DNA from: the human T2T-CHM13v2.0 reference genome, Homo sapiens
NCBI RefSeq assembly: GCF_009914755.1
Contig: NC_060933.1
Reading direction: 5' to 3' (one strand)
DNA: 64,000 nucleotides
The notes beneath the pieces were generated by a model. It ran no database searches. It worked only from the letters and a program-made list of their open reading frames with translations, and was not told where the DNA came from. A program made the translations under genes and the position numbers. The first letter of the stretch is position 1. The number at the start of each line of letters is the position of its first letter. Shown piece after piece: positions 43,538 through 60,518 of the stretch.

Positions 43538-46500
43538 ATCTTTTTTTGTTGTTGTCTTTGTTAGGTTTGGGTATCAAGGTAATGTTGGCTTTAGAGAAAG
43601 AGTAAGGAAAAATTTCCTGTTCTTCAGTTTTTTGGAATAGCTTAAGAAGAGCTGGTATTAGTCCTTCTTTAAACGTTTGGTAGAATTCACAGTGAAACTA
43701 TCAAGTTCCAGGCTTTTCTTAGATGGGAGACTTTTCACTCCTGACTCAATCTCCTTACTCACTATTGGGCTGTTCAAATTTTCTATTTCTTCACAATTCA
43801 GTATTGGTAGGTTACATGTGCCCAGGAATTTATCTATTCCTTGTAGATTTTCCAATTTGTTGGTGTATAATTGTTCATAATTGTCTGTTATGATCCTCTG
43901 TATTTTTCTGGCATCAGTTGTCATGTCTCCTTTTTCATTTCTAATTTTATTTGTTTGGGTCTTCTCTTTTTCTTTCTTAATCTAGATAAAGGTTTATTGA
44001 TTTTGTTTATCTTTTTGAAAGTTCTCTGGCTTCTCTTCCCTCCCCACCCCCTAAAGAATTTCAACTGGTAATCATCCAGTGGCAAGTTTACCACCCTGAG
44101 TATTCCAGAACTTGGGAGTGAAAACACGATCAGATAATAAGGGAAACACTGCTCTATTTTCCAAAATTTCTAACTCATTCCTTTTCATTTCAGATTTCAT
44201 TTTTGTTGCTTTTGTTTTATAATTTCTTATTTTTCATAAATTTTATGCCTCCTTTTTTCTCCTTAAATACCTTAAATATATATATTTCAAAGTCTTGGTT
44301 AGACTAAGTTAATAAAATAAAATTAATAAATTAATCTTATTTGTTATTAATCCATTTCTTTTTTACCATTAGATTTCTTTACATGTTTACAGTTATTAAA
44401 ATGAAGGCTTATTTTAAACTGAATGGATTTTGTTTTCATTTTTTTTCTCCCTCTTCGCTTTCCCTCTCTATAGAAGTTTTGAAGTTGCCTCTGTGTAGTT
44501 TCCCAGACCCCAATCCAGAACACAAGCTCATAAGAAGAGTTTAGAGATTCCCTAGGGTGATAATTGAGGTGTTACAAATCAAGGCACTGAGTCAGCAGGC
44601 AGCTTGGTTAAGCTGCTGGTCAAGCTGTCGAGTCTGTGTCCTCCCACCTCCCAAGTCAAGCATTTGCCAGGATGTAGAGGCTCCAAGCATTGATTGGTAG
44701 CAATTTCCCCATCCCTAATCTTCCTTTATGAAACATTGAGTCCCATTCCGGTACTAGCTTCAAGTAACAAATTTGTGTCCAGGCCTCCAACTCTCATGGA
44801 ACATTCTAGAGTCCCTGTTTCTAGTAACAAGCTACTGTCTGCTTCTAGACCCAGAGCCCAGCAAGCCTGTAATTCCAGCCCCACTCACGGCTTAAATTGT
44901 TTGTTCATTTCTGATAAATAAGGACTTTCTTTAATTTTTTCTGTCCATGTCTGCATTACAGAGCAGCGAGAAAGTGTTAAAATATAAATTTACTTTTCCA
45001 ATTTGACCAGAAATCTCTTCTCTCCCTTGAATGAATGAATGAGAACAAAAATGAATGAATGAATGAGAAAAGAAAATTCTCATTCATAATAAATTAGAAG
45101 TTGACTAGCAGAAAAATAAACAATGAAGATGCAGTTTCTTAAGATCAGAAAGAACGATCAAGGGAAAGCAGTGTCACCCATTTAAGGAGACTAACATAGC
45201 AGGAAGCAATGATGGAAGAGAAAGTAACCAGGGTTGAAAAGAGAAGCAAGATGAGATTAAAGGAAGCAAGAGCACAGCTGTTAGAGAAATCACTTGCAAT
45301 GCATGTTTCTAGAGGCCAGTTCAAGAAGTGGCTGTGGGGAACAGGAAAAGGAGTAACAGGCTTATATGTCAAGTGATTGCAAAGAAAGCAGCTTTTACCT
45401 AATTCCAGATTGCCCCAGGAACCTAGAAAAGTCCTTGTTTTCCCCAAATGCAAGAAGAAATAACTTAGCGGGCCTGGTGTCAAAAAGGTTGGCTCAAAGA
45501 AGTCAAAATTATGTTAATCTGTCTCAGGTTGACACTACAATTCCACTGTGTGTGTCTCTATCTACTGGCCTGGTGTAGACAGGTTATATCCCATGCTTCT
45601 CTACAATACAGTCAAAGTCTCAGTTAAAGCTGTGTAATGTGTTGATGATTCATCATAGATGAGGCACCCCAGAAAAAAATAAGGAGTGGGACCATGGTCA
45701 AGAGAAGAGTAACCTCTTGATCTGGTGGTCAGTCATAGAAATGATGACCAGGACAAAGTGATGGGAGCTATTTGTTTGAAATGTGATCCAGTTTTCATTC
45801 AATTCAGACTGCCCTTGTACCAATCAGCATAAAAAGACATACAAAGGCTCTTCTGCAAAATAAGATACACCACTTATCTTAATTCACAAGAACAGCATAA
45901 TAATTACTACGCTTCTCATACACAATAATAAAGACATCTAAGCAATGTCCTTCTGTCCTCCCCATCAGAGATATTATGTAATCACATGCTAAGTTTATGT
46001 TTTCCCCTAACCTTCCTGTCTGCATTAGTTAACATCATTAGCTCAACTATCTTTCAGTACACACAGTTTTTGAATGAACAGAATGATAATCTCCTGGCTC
46101 TAATCTGTCTGTCCTATGCGAATCATTAAGCCAGACTTCTGTAATTCTTTTGTATTCCAACAACTTCAAACTCGCCCACATATGAAGTAAAACACCTGGC
46201 TGCTGACATGACTTCGCAGGTCTGGTAATCTGATAACTTTGCCGATTATCATGAAGAAAGCAAGCCATCCCATCATTAGAAGTCTGGCTTTCACTCCCTT
46301 TAGATGAACACATATGAAGAGCCAAAGCCCCTGGGGTATATGGAACCAGTGGCATTTGCATGCCTTACACACATCCACTCTCTCTAACTACCACAGGCTT
46401 TGCTGCATCTGGGGGTTGAAATTTTGTTTTCAGACTTGATTACAAAATTGCTTCAAAGATTTCATGCTTGGATAAATTGTCTGAAAAGAGGTAAGTGAAA

Positions 46501-46729
46501 AACCTCCATAGGGGCTCAGTTTAGCTCCTTCCTGCCTAAGATGTCAAAACATCTCATAAGAAACATGAGGGTTAAAAAATATACGACTATTTTTTTCACA
46601 TGGAACCTCTCCCGTTGCCCTTGGAGTTACATCTCATATGTTTTATCTCATATATACTAGTTGGTTGCATTTCATTATTTTAATCATTATGCATCAACTC
46701 TGGGGAATATTAGAAAGACGGAAATTCAA

Positions 46730-46915
46730 GCACGGCACAGTGGTGCAATGAGGTGTGGGAGAGAAGGCACAGGATTTGTTTCTTTGCCTCACTGGACCTC
46801 AGTTTATTCATGTGGTCAATCAGGAACATACTATTTATCTCACAAAGGCTGTAAGAAATGTATATGAAACCCTTGAAAACTGTAAAGTGCTGTAGCATTT
46901 TTCATCACTGTTTTT
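46730..46915 (+). mobile_element. MIR
   Basis: ggacctcagtttattcatgt...tctcacaaaggctgt. Confidence 0.55.
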
Positions 46916-46973
46916 ATTATATAAAGTCATAGAGTGATGAAGCAGGAAGCGACAATAGAAATAAATTCGTCCA

Positions 46974-47285
<312 letters not shown>

Positions 47286-47429
47286 AATAAACTAGTCTAG
47301 ATTTAAGGGCTGAGAAAACTGAGGACAAGAGGGACCAAACGACCTACTCATGGACACAGCATGTTAGGCGCAACTCAAACTTTCCATGCAGATGTCCGAA
47401 TCCTTCTCAAGTACACACCCCACTATGAG

Positions 47430-47752
47430 GGCCATGCAGATAAAAAGAGATGCTGGCTGCCAGTTGAGGAATCAACAGCATGGTTGAGACTGTAGAGAAC
47501 TGGAAATGGACCTGTGCCATCCAAGAGGACAGATAGAATTTGTCTCTAGGTAGTTTTCACCATATCAGAGTATAGGCCCAGGATTGCCAGACTTTCTTGT
47601 TTTCCCTAGAAATACCAAAATTTTAGATTTTTTTAATATATGAAATCTCCCAATTTTTAAATTATATTTCAATTTTCAAGATAATGGTGTGTTGCCAAAC
47701 AAAATATCTGAGGGTCAAAACCAGCCCATGGTTTACCAGGCTGTGATCTCTG
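47430..47752. mobile_element. MER102-like hAT element
   Basis: gtataggcccaggattgccaga...tgaaatctcccaatttttaa...gccaaacaaaatatctg. Confidence 0.55.
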
Positions 47753-47761
47753 ATTTACAGA

Positions 47762-48438
<677 letters not shown>

Positions 48439-48677
48439 CCAAATTCTTTCTCATGATGTGAAAGTGCTTTCATTGTGTGACCTCTGCTTCCTTCTTTAGC
48501 TCACTTCCTACCTCTCCTTGACTGTACTTAGGTTCCAGCTGCACTGAATGGCTTGTGGTTCAACAAACACATACACCAATTTTTGCAAACGTGCCCCGTG
48601 ATTCTTACTCTGCTACCCTTACTCTTTGCTCATGATGTACCCTATGCCTGTAATGGACCTCTATGCCATAATGCTTA

Positions 48678-49002
<325 letters not shown>

Positions 49003-49529
49003 TTAAATTTCTTTTAAGACATTTCAAATCTTGTTTCTACCAGGAAGTAGTCCCTGAACAATCTCCCAACCACAGCACCACCACCACCATGTTCACCCAT
49101 TATATTCTCACAATGTCTTGCATGTCTTATTTCATTTATCCCATAGTATTACAGGTACTTGTTTTATACCTATTGTCCCAAGCAGAATCTCAGTTAATGT
49201 TAAATTGAAATTAAACTCTTCATTCTTGCTTAGAAGTGACCACTAATCTTCCTTCCTGAACCTCAGTCTGCTTCTAGACTGACCTTTGCCTCCAGGTACT
49301 GCTGATTTGCTGAAAGAGATGCTGAAATTTTTTCTCCATTAGATGGCTTCATGGAGGACAACTTCCCCAAGGACTCAGAGGACTTCATCTCTTCTTTTGC
49401 CAAGAGGTTATGGAAGGCAGCCAGCCTCCTGAGCCCAGTCCTCTGTTCAAAACCTAAGACTGGTCTGTTCCATGTTCTGGTCATTCTTTTTCTGGTTCCC
49501 TTTTACATTTTTCACTGTTTGTTTCTGTC

Positions 49530-49679
49530 CTTTTTAAATTTATTTCTATTTTTATTTTTTCTAAAAATGAGCTCTCAATATGTTGCCCAGACTGGTCTCA
49601 AACTCTTGGGTTTAAGCAGTTCTCCCAAGTCAGCTTCCCAAAGAGTTGAGATTACAGTCATGAGCCACCACGACCTGCC
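49530..49679 (-). mobile_element. FLAM / Alu left-arm monomer
   Basis: T-rich tail followed by tatgttgcccagactggtctcaaactc...gagccaccac. Confidence 0.8.
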
Positions 49680-50169
49680 TGTTTCTATCTGTACTCTGAT
49701 AGAGCCCAGCTTTCCTTGACTGGTACCGGTTACTAAAGTCAGCTCCTTAAACTCTCATGTGATTCCTCATTTCCTGTCCCAACTAAGATTGATTGTCTTC
49801 TAAGACAATCTCCTTAGCTGCAGATATAATCGGTTCTTTGCTAACTCCCCATTCCCATTTGCCTATTCATCTATCGGGGATCATTTCATCTCGTGTTTTC
49901 CTAGAATTTGAGAACCTAGAGGCAAATCTATTCCCAACAAAGCCACACAAGTAGAGTTACCCAGCCTAGCCACTCAGGCAGCCAGAACCCATCCCATGCT
50001 TGTGAGCACAGAGGCTGAAAGTGTCTCAACAGCTCCAGTATCTCCTGATGGCAGAGAAGTTGAGCCACTTCTCAAAGCTGAACCAACTAGCAAAGTGGCT
50101 TACAGGCAGTCAGGTCTTTAAGTGATCTCCCCACTTCAGCCTCATGTTCTTTCTTCTGCACATTGTTGT

Positions 50170-50425
50170 TGTCATTATAGACATTTACAGATATTTCCAG
50201 CTTCTTGTGGGCATGCTGTGGGATGCATTTCTCCTCCTGCTTTGAAGCAGGTGTGACCACATAACTTGTTCTGGACAACAAACTATAAGTCAAAGCAACT
50301 TATATCACTGCTGGGCAGAAATTCTAAGAGCCTGTGTGAAAATCATTATGTCCTTTTGATCCCTAGCACCATGCTGAATTGAAGTTTCCAGTAGCCTGGA
50401 AGGCTATGCTAAATTTTGTTACCAG
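50170..50425 (+). mobile_element. MLT1 (I/J-like) LTR fragment
   Basis: tttgaagcaggtgtgaccacataacttgttctgg...ctgggcagaaattctaagagcc. Confidence 0.6.
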
Positions 50426-51509
50426 CTTACTTTGTGGTTTGTTTGTTTGCTTAAAAAAAGAAAAAAACTGATAGTCCACTCCAAGATGGCCAAATAGGAA
50501 TAGCTCCAGTCTGCAGCTCCCAGAGTGATGGGTGCAGAAGACAGTGATTTCTGCATTTCCAACTGAGGTACGTGGTTCATCTCACTGGGACTGTTTGGAC
50601 AGTGGGTGCAGCCTATGGAGGGTGAGCTGAAGCAGGGCAGGGTGTCACCTCACCTGGGAGGCACAAGGGGTCAGGGGATTTCCCTTTCCTAGCCAAGGGA
50701 AGCTGTGACAGACGGCACCTGGAAAATCGGGACACTCCCACCCAAATACTGTACTTTTCCAACGGTCTTAGCAAACGGCACACCAGGAGATTATATACCG
50801 TGCATGGCTTGGCGGATCCCAAGCCCACAGAACCTTGCTTACTGCTAGTGCAGCAGTCTGACATCAACCTGCGAATCAGCAGCCTGCCAGGGAGAGGGGC
50901 ATCTGCCATTGCTGAGGCTTGAGTAGATAAAGAAAGTGGCCAGGGAAGCTCAAACTGGGCAGAACCCACCACAGCTCTGCAAGGCCTGCTGCCTCTGTAG
51001 ACCCCACCTCTGGTGGCAGGGCATAGTTGAACAAAAGGCAGCAGAAACTTCTGCAGACTTAAACATCCCTGTCTGACATCTCTGAAGAGAGCAGTGGTTC
51101 TACCAGCATGGTGTTCAAGCTCTGAGAATGGACAGACTGCCTCCTCAAGTGGGTCCCTGACCCCCGTGTAGCCTAACTGGGAGACATCTCCCAGTAGGGG
51201 CCAATTGATACCTCATACAGGTGGGAACCCCATTGGGATGAAGCTTCCAGAGGAAGGATCAGGCAGCATTATTTACTGTTCTGCAATATTTGCTGCTCTG
51301 CAGCCTCTGCTGGTGATACCTAGGCAAGAGGGTCTGGAGTGGACCTCTAGCAAACACCAACAGACCTGCAGCTGAGGGACCTGACTCTTAGAAGAAAAAA
51401 ACAACAAACAGAAAGGAATAGCATCAACATCAACAAAAAGGACATCCACACCAAAACCCTATCTGTAGGTCACCAGCATCAAGGACCAAAGGTAGATAAA
51501 ACCACAAAG

Positions 51510-52536
51510 ATGGGGAGAAACTAGAGAGGAAAACCTGAAAATTCTAAAAACCAGAGCACCTCTTCTCCTCCAAAGGATCACAGCTCCTCACCAGCAATGG
51601 AACAAAGCTGGAGGGGGAATGACTTTGATTAGCTGACAGAAGTATGCTTCAGAAGGTCGGTAATAACAAACTTCTCCAAGCTAAAGAAGGATGTTTGGAC
51701 CCATCACAAGAAAGCTAAAAACCTTGAAAAAAGATAAGATGAATGGCTAACGAAAATAAACAGTGTAGAGAAGACCTTAAGTGACCTGATGGAGCTGAAA
51801 ATCACGACACGAGAACTATGTGACGCATACACAAACTTCAATAGCCGATTCAATCAAGTGAAAGAAAGGGTATCAGTGATTGAAGATCAAATTAATGAAA
51901 TAAAGTGAGAGGAGAAGTTTAGAGAAAAAAGAGTAAAAAGAAATGAACAAAACCTCCAAGAAATATGGGACTATGTGAAAAGACTAAATCTACGTTTGAT
52001 TGGTGTACCTGAAAGTGATGGGGAGAATGGAACCAAGTTGGAAAACACTCTGCAGGATATTATCCAGGAGAACATCCCCAACCTAGCAAGACAGGCCAAC
52101 ATTCAAATTCAGGAAATACAGAGAATGCCACAAAGATACTCCTCGAGAAGAACAACCCCAAGACACATAATTGTCAGATTCACCAAGGTTAAAATGAAGG
52201 AAAAAATGTTAAGGGCAGCCAGAGAGAAAGGTCAGGTTACCCACAAAGGGAGGCCCATCAGACTAACAGCAGATCTCTTGGCAGAAACTCTACAAGCCAA
52301 AAGAGAGTGGGGGCCAATATTCGACATTCTTAAAGAAAAGAATTTTCAACCCAGAATTTCATATCCAGCCAAACTAAGCTTCACAAGTGAAGGAGAAATA
52401 AAATCCTTTACAGACAAGCAAATGCTGAGAGATTTTGTCACCACCAGGCCTGCCTTATAAAGAGCTCCTGAAGGAAGCACTAAACATGGAAACAAACAAC
52501 TGGTACCAGACACTGCAAAAACGTGCCAAATTGTAA
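51510..52536 (+). pseudogene. Disrupted L1 ORF1p
   Basis: ATG GGG AGA AAC TAG early stop; ORF 51975-52460 matches the ORF1p RRM/CTD (LRLIGVPE...YPAKLSF). Confidence 0.93.
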
Positions 52537-52599
52537 AGACCATCAATGCTAGAAAGAAACTGCATCAACTAACGGGTAAAATAACCAGCTAACATCATA

Positions 52600-55424
52600 A
52601 CGACAGGATCAAATTCACAATAACAATACTAACCTTAAATGTAAATGGGCTAAATGCCCCAATTAAAAGGCAAGGACTGGCATATTGGATAAAGTGTCAA
52701 GATCCATCAGTGTGCTGTATTCAGGAAACCCATCTCATGTGCAGAGACATACATAGGCTCAAAATAAAGGGATGGAGGAAGATCTACCAAGCAAATGGAA
52801 AGCAAAAAAAAGCAGGGGTTGCAATCCTAGTCTCTGATAAAACAGACTGCAAACCAACAAAGATCAAAAGAGACAAAGAAGGCCACTACATGATGGTAAA
52901 GGGATCAATTCAATAAGAAGAGCTAACTGTCCTAAATATATATAGACCCAATGCAGGAGCACCCAGATTCATAAAACCAGTCCTTAGAGACCTACAAAGA
53001 GACTTAGACTCCCACACAATAATAATGGGGGTATTTAACACCCCACTGTCAATATTAGACAGATCAACAAGACAGAAGGTTAACAAGGATATCCAGGAAT
53101 TGAACTCAGCTCTGCACCAAGTGAACCTAATAGACATCTACAGAACTCTCCACCCCATATCAACAGAATATACATTCTTCTCAGCACTACATCGCACTTA
53201 CCCCAAAATTGACCACATAGTTGGAAGTAAAGCACTCCTCAGCAAACGTAAAATAACAAAATCACGACAAACTGTCTCTCAGACCACAGTGCCATCAAAT
53301 TAGAACCCAGGATAAAGAAACTCACTCAAAATTGCACAACTACATGGAACTGAGCAACCTTCGCCTGAATGACTACTGGGTACATAATGAAATGAAGGCA
53401 GAAATAAAGATGTTCTTTGAAACCAATGAGAACAAAGACATTATGTACCAGAATCTCTGGGACACATTTAAAACAGTGTGTATACAGGGAAATTTATAGC
53501 ACTAAATGCCCACAAGAGAAAGCAGGAAAGACCTAAAACTGACATCCTCAATAAAATACTGGCAAACGGAATCCAGCAGCACATCAAAAAGCTTATCCAC
53601 CACAATCAAGTCGGCTTCATCCCTGCGATGCAAGTCTGGTTCAACATTCATGAATCAATAGATGTAATCCATCACATAAACAGAATCAATGACAAAAACG
53701 ACATGATTATCTCAATAGATGCAAATAAGGCCTTTGATAAAATTCAACACCCCTTCATGCTAAAAACTCTCAATAAAGTAGGTATTGATGGAACGTATCT
53801 CAAAATAATAAGAGTTATTTATGACAAATCCACAGCCAATATCATACTGAATGGGCAAAAACTGGAAGCATTCCTTTTGAAAACTGGCACAAGACAAGGA
53901 TGTCCTCTCTCACCACCCTTATTCAACATAGTATTGGAAGTTCTGGCCAGGGAAGTCAGGCAAGAGAAAGAAAGAAAGAGTGTTCAAATAGGAAGACAGG
54001 AAGTCAAAATGTCTCTGTTTGCAGATGACATGATTGTATATTTAGGAAACCCCACTGTCTCAGCCCCAAACCTCCTTAAGCTGATAAGCAACTTCAGCAA
54101 AGTCTCGGGATACAAACTCAATGTGCAGAAATCACAAGCATTCCTATAAACCAATAATAGGCAAACAGCCAAATCATGAGTTACCTTCCATTCACAATTG
54201 CTACAAAGAGGACAAAATACCTAGGAATCCAACTTACAAGGGATGTGAAGGAACTCTTCAAAGAGAACTACAAACCACTGCTCAAGGAAATAAGAGAGGA
54301 CACAAACAAAGGGAAGGACATTCCATGTTCATGGATAGGAAGAATCAATATCTTGAAGATGGCCATACTATCCAAAGTAATTTACAGATTCAATGCTATC
54401 CCCATCAAGCTGTTTTCTTTACAGAATTAGAAAAAACTGCTTTAAATTTCATATGGAACCAAAAAAGAGCCCATATAGCCGAGACAACCCTAAGCAAAAA
54501 GGACAAAGCTGGAGACATCATGCTACCTGACTTCAAACTATACTACAAGGCTACAGTAACCAAAACAGCATGGTACTGGTACCAAAACAGAGAGATAGAC
54601 CAATGGAACAGAACAGAGGCCTCAGAAATAACACCACACATCTACCACCATCTGATATTTGACAAACTTGACAAAAACAAGAAATAGGAAAAGGATTCCC
54701 TTCTTTATCATGGTGCTAGGAAAACTGACTAGCCATATGTAGAAAGCTGAAACTGGATCCCTTCCTTACACCTTATACAAAAATTCATTCAAGATGGATT
54801 AAAGACTTAAATGTTAGACCTAAAACCATAAAAACTCTAGAAGAAAACCTAGGCAGTACCATTCAGGACATAGGCATGGGCAAGGACTTCATGTCTAAAA
54901 CACCAAAAGCAATGGCAACAAAAGTCAAAATTGACAAATGGGATCTCATTAAACTAAAGAGCTTCTGCACAGCAAAAAAAAAAAAAAAAAAAAAAGAAAA
55001 AACTACCATCAGAATGAACAGGCTACCTACAGAATGGGAGGAAATTTTTGCAATCTACCCATCTGACAGAGGGCTAATATCCAGAATCTACAAAGAACTT
55101 AAACAAATTTACAAGAAAAAAACAACCCCATCAAAAAGTGGGCAAAGGATATGAACAGACACTTCTCAAAAGAAGACATTTATGCAGCCAACAGACACAT
55201 GAAAAAACGCTCATCATTGGAACCAACCCAAATATCCATCAATGATAGACTGGATTAAGAAAATGTGGCACATATACATCATGGAATACTATGCAGCCAT
55301 AAACAAGGATGAGTTCATGTCCTTTGCAGGGACATGGATGAAGCTGGAAACCATCATTCTGAGCAAAGTATCACAAGGACAGGAAACCAAACACTGCATG
55401 TTCTCACTCATAGTTGGGAATTGA
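52600..55424 (+). pseudogene. Disrupted L1 ORF2p
   Basis: Start codon mutated to ACG; EN (CCIQETH), RT ([14 protein letters not shown]) and C-terminal fragments; stops, frameshifts and deletions near 53543 and 55217. Confidence 0.93.
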
Positions 55425-55669
55425 ACAATGAGAACACTTGGACACAGGGTGGGGAACATCACACACGGGGGCTTGTCATGGGGTGGGAGGAAGGGGAGGG
55501 ATAGCATTAGGAGAAATACCTAATGTAAATGACGAGTTGATGGGTGCAGCAAACCAACATGGCACATGTATACCTATGTAACAAACCTGCACGTTGTGCA
55601 CATGTACCCTAGAACTTAAAGTATAATAAAAATAAAAGAAAATAAATTTTAAAAAAAGAAAAGAAAACA

Positions 55670-56039
<370 letters not shown>

Positions 56040-56160
56040 CTCTAATTTTACAGATGAGAAAAATAAAGCCTATAAAGGTTATATATGTCTTATCTAAAGT
56101 TATGGAGAGCTGAAGTTCAAATCCAAGTCCAGGTCCCTTTGCCCTACATCTTGCTGTTTC
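56040..56160 (-). mobile_element. MIR
   Basis: attttacagatgagaaaaataaagcc...ttcaaatccaagtc. Confidence 0.7.
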
Positions 56161-57459
56161 CCAACACATTATGATAGTATGCGAGGGAGGATGAAAGGGT
56201 AAATCTAGGAGATACTAGTGGACACCTGTTATTTCACCCTTTCCAGCATGTATCTCCTCTTATTTCAGTAAATGCATCTCTATTTCTGTTTTGAAGAGCT
56301 ACTCTCCTCTATTGCAGGGAATATATTTTGCCCTCTTCTGGTCTATGGGTTTGATGTGTTCCAGGTCGGGACAGTTAGGTTCTCTCTCTCATAATTTCAC
56401 AATGAGGGGAGTTATTCAAGAAAGAACATATAGTTGGAGGTGATACATTTCTTTACTGGCACCCTGAAGTAGGGGATCTCACAAATTTGAAGAAATTTTT
56501 GTTTCATATAATCTAGAATTGTACACACACTCACATGCCTTTAATTCTACATTTTTCCTTAATTTTTCTTAATAACTCTTTTTTATTCTTATACCATTTA
56601 TCTCCTCAAAACTATTAAGAATTAAGAAGTGCTTAGTGTTTTTCCACTTCACTAGGTAATTTATACCTTTTTCCAGAGTCCTGGGTGGATAGGGCAAAGT
56701 AGAATTTAGCTCCAAGATAGTAATCAATTTCTCATCCTAAAATAGCAATATAAAAAGAGTACTCATGAAGAGCCTTAAGCCTGCCTTTGTGGCATATTGT
56801 AAAGTTACTATTCTTTCACATGGGTGAGTCCATAAATTGCTGACTTTGGATTGATTTATATTTAAATCATGGCTAGCATGAGATTGCCTTCCATCTTACG
56901 GTCTTCAGTTATTCTCAGTTCATTTAAAATGTGTCACCACACTCTTTGTAGACAACTAAATAGCATTATCCACAAGTTATTAGTGGAGAGATTATTAATA
57001 GAGTTTATGTGGCTGCAACCTCCAAGAAGAGGATGGAAGTGGAAGGGCAAGAAAAAGTTAGGCATCTTGTATAGTAAAAAGAGCCTGTACTGAGGATCAA
57101 ACAGACATAGGATCTTAGGTTCTAGTTCCAGCCCTGTCACTAAACAAGTTATCCTGGGTGGATCATATAATTTGTTTGAGCGGATGAACTTGCCTCTAAC
57201 ATTCTTTCCAAACCTAACATTGTAGGATTTCTCCAGTCGCTTATGCAATTAATTTTTCAAAAACACTCTATTTTTAATATCTTCATGAAGTGATCAATAA
57301 TGGGACATTGAAAGATAATGTGTTGATTGTTTCTTTCCAGATCCTGAAAGGCATACTGTGGGGATATTGCAGGTTCGGTCCCAGAATAAAAAGAATATTG
57401 CAATAAAGTGATTCACATGATTTTTTTTCATTTCCTAGTACATATAAAAGTTATGTTTA

Positions 57460-57756
<297 letters not shown>

Positions 57757-58663
57757 TTACACTATACTGTAGTCTATTGTGCATGCGATAGCATTATGTC
57801 TTAAAAAGCAATGCACAAACTTTAATTTTAAAATATTGCTTAAAAATGTTAATGATCATGTGAGCCCTCAGAAAGTTGTAAATTTTTGGTGGTAGTGTCT
57901 TGCCTCAATATTGATGGCTGCTGACAGATCAGATTGATGGTTGCTGAATGTTGGGGTGGCTGTGGCAATTTCTTAAAATAAAACAACAATGAAGTTGCTG
58001 CATGGATGGTCTCTTCCTTTCACAAAAGCTTTCTCTAGCATGTGATGTTATTTGGCTTAGGGAGGTGTTGTGACTGATTTGATCATCTATCTAGACTACT
58101 AAAACTTTCTCGCTATCAGCAATATGGCTATTCTGCTTTCTTATCACTTGTGTGTTCACTGCAGTAGCACTTCTAATTTCTTCCAATAACTTTTCCTTTA
58201 CATTCACAACTGTTTGGTGCAAGAGGCCTAGCTTTCAGCCTCTCTTGGCTTTCAACATGCCTTCCTCACTAGGATTAATCTTTTCCAGCTTTTAATTTAA
58301 AGCAACTCTTCCTTTCATTTGAATACTTAGAGGCCATTGTAGGGTTACTTATTGGCCTAACTTCAATACTGTTGTGTTTCAGGGAATTGGGAAGCCTGAG
58401 GAGAGGGAAAAAATGGAGGAACAGCTGACCAGTTGAGCAGTCAGAACATACATATTTATCAATTAAGTTTGCTGTTGTATATGGGCATGGTTCATGGTAT
58501 CCCAAAACAATTGCAATACTAACATCAAAGATCACTGATCACAGATCACCATAACAGATTAAATAATTTAAAAGTTTGAAATATTGCAAAAATTAACAAA
58601 ATGTGACACAGACATGACATGAACACATGCTGTTAAAAAAATGACACCAGTAGACTTGCTCTA

Positions 58664-59000
<337 letters not shown>

Positions 59001-59194
59001 AGCAAGATATATCTGCATTTATAAGGGAATTGATTGCATTGATTGCACCCTCTGGAAGGAGGAAAAGAGATATTTAGTGAGCTCTAGCTGAACATCTTTC
59101 ACTCTTAACACCCTCTGTGGACTTGTTTTGGGTGGGTTTGGACACATACATCTTTGGGCCCTGTAATCAAATAACGACTTAAAATGCAGAGACT

Positions 59195-59566
<372 letters not shown>

Positions 59567-60137
59567 CTATGTAGATGACCTTTGTGTACTTGTTAGGACC
59601 ACGTTAGTTTCACAAACCCCACTCAAAGCTGTTCAACACAAAGCCCCATTAACTCCATGGAAGGACTGAACCACCAACCCACAGGATAGCAGGTATGCAC
59701 CTGAGCACCAGGAAAAACTGGAGACTCAAGCTCAGCCAGAACTCATCTTCCCTACCTGATCTCTGCCCTCCTGTCATGCCAACTTTGTTCTCTCTTATTG
59801 CAGACTGTCTTGCTCTACTTGGGAGAAAACATGGCCTCCCACAGCTCTAGAAGGTTAAATTAATTTATTCACTCAATCAGCTATCGTTTTGGGGCCCAAC
59901 TGCATGGCATGCATTGTTCTAGGCACTGGGGACACAGTAGTGACAAGGCAAAGGTCTCCCCTCAAGGAGCTCTTGTGGTGTGGAGAGAGTCAAATAATGA
60001 ACAAATGTACAAATAACATGCCAGGTAGTGGTAATTGCTATGGAAAAAATAACCAGCATAAAGTTAGGGAGTTCCAAGTGATGATGATGGTGATGGTGGT
60101 GGAAGTAGAGTGTGTTACTTTATTAAAGGTGGCCAGG

Positions 60138-60518
<381 letters not shown>

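Larger units (their letters stand above)
50470..55669 (+). mobile_element. L1PA6-type LINE-1 with both 5' and 3' ends and internal deletions
   Basis: 5'UTR ccaagatggccaaatagg; 3' end agaaatacctaatgtaaatgacgagttgatgggtgcagcaaaccaacatggc; TSD aaagaaaaaaac. Confidence 0.92.

Noticed and set aside
44585-44597. MARE/NF-E2-like motif cactgagtcagca
   Set aside because: Single isolated motif in probable old L1-derived sequence; insufficient evidence.
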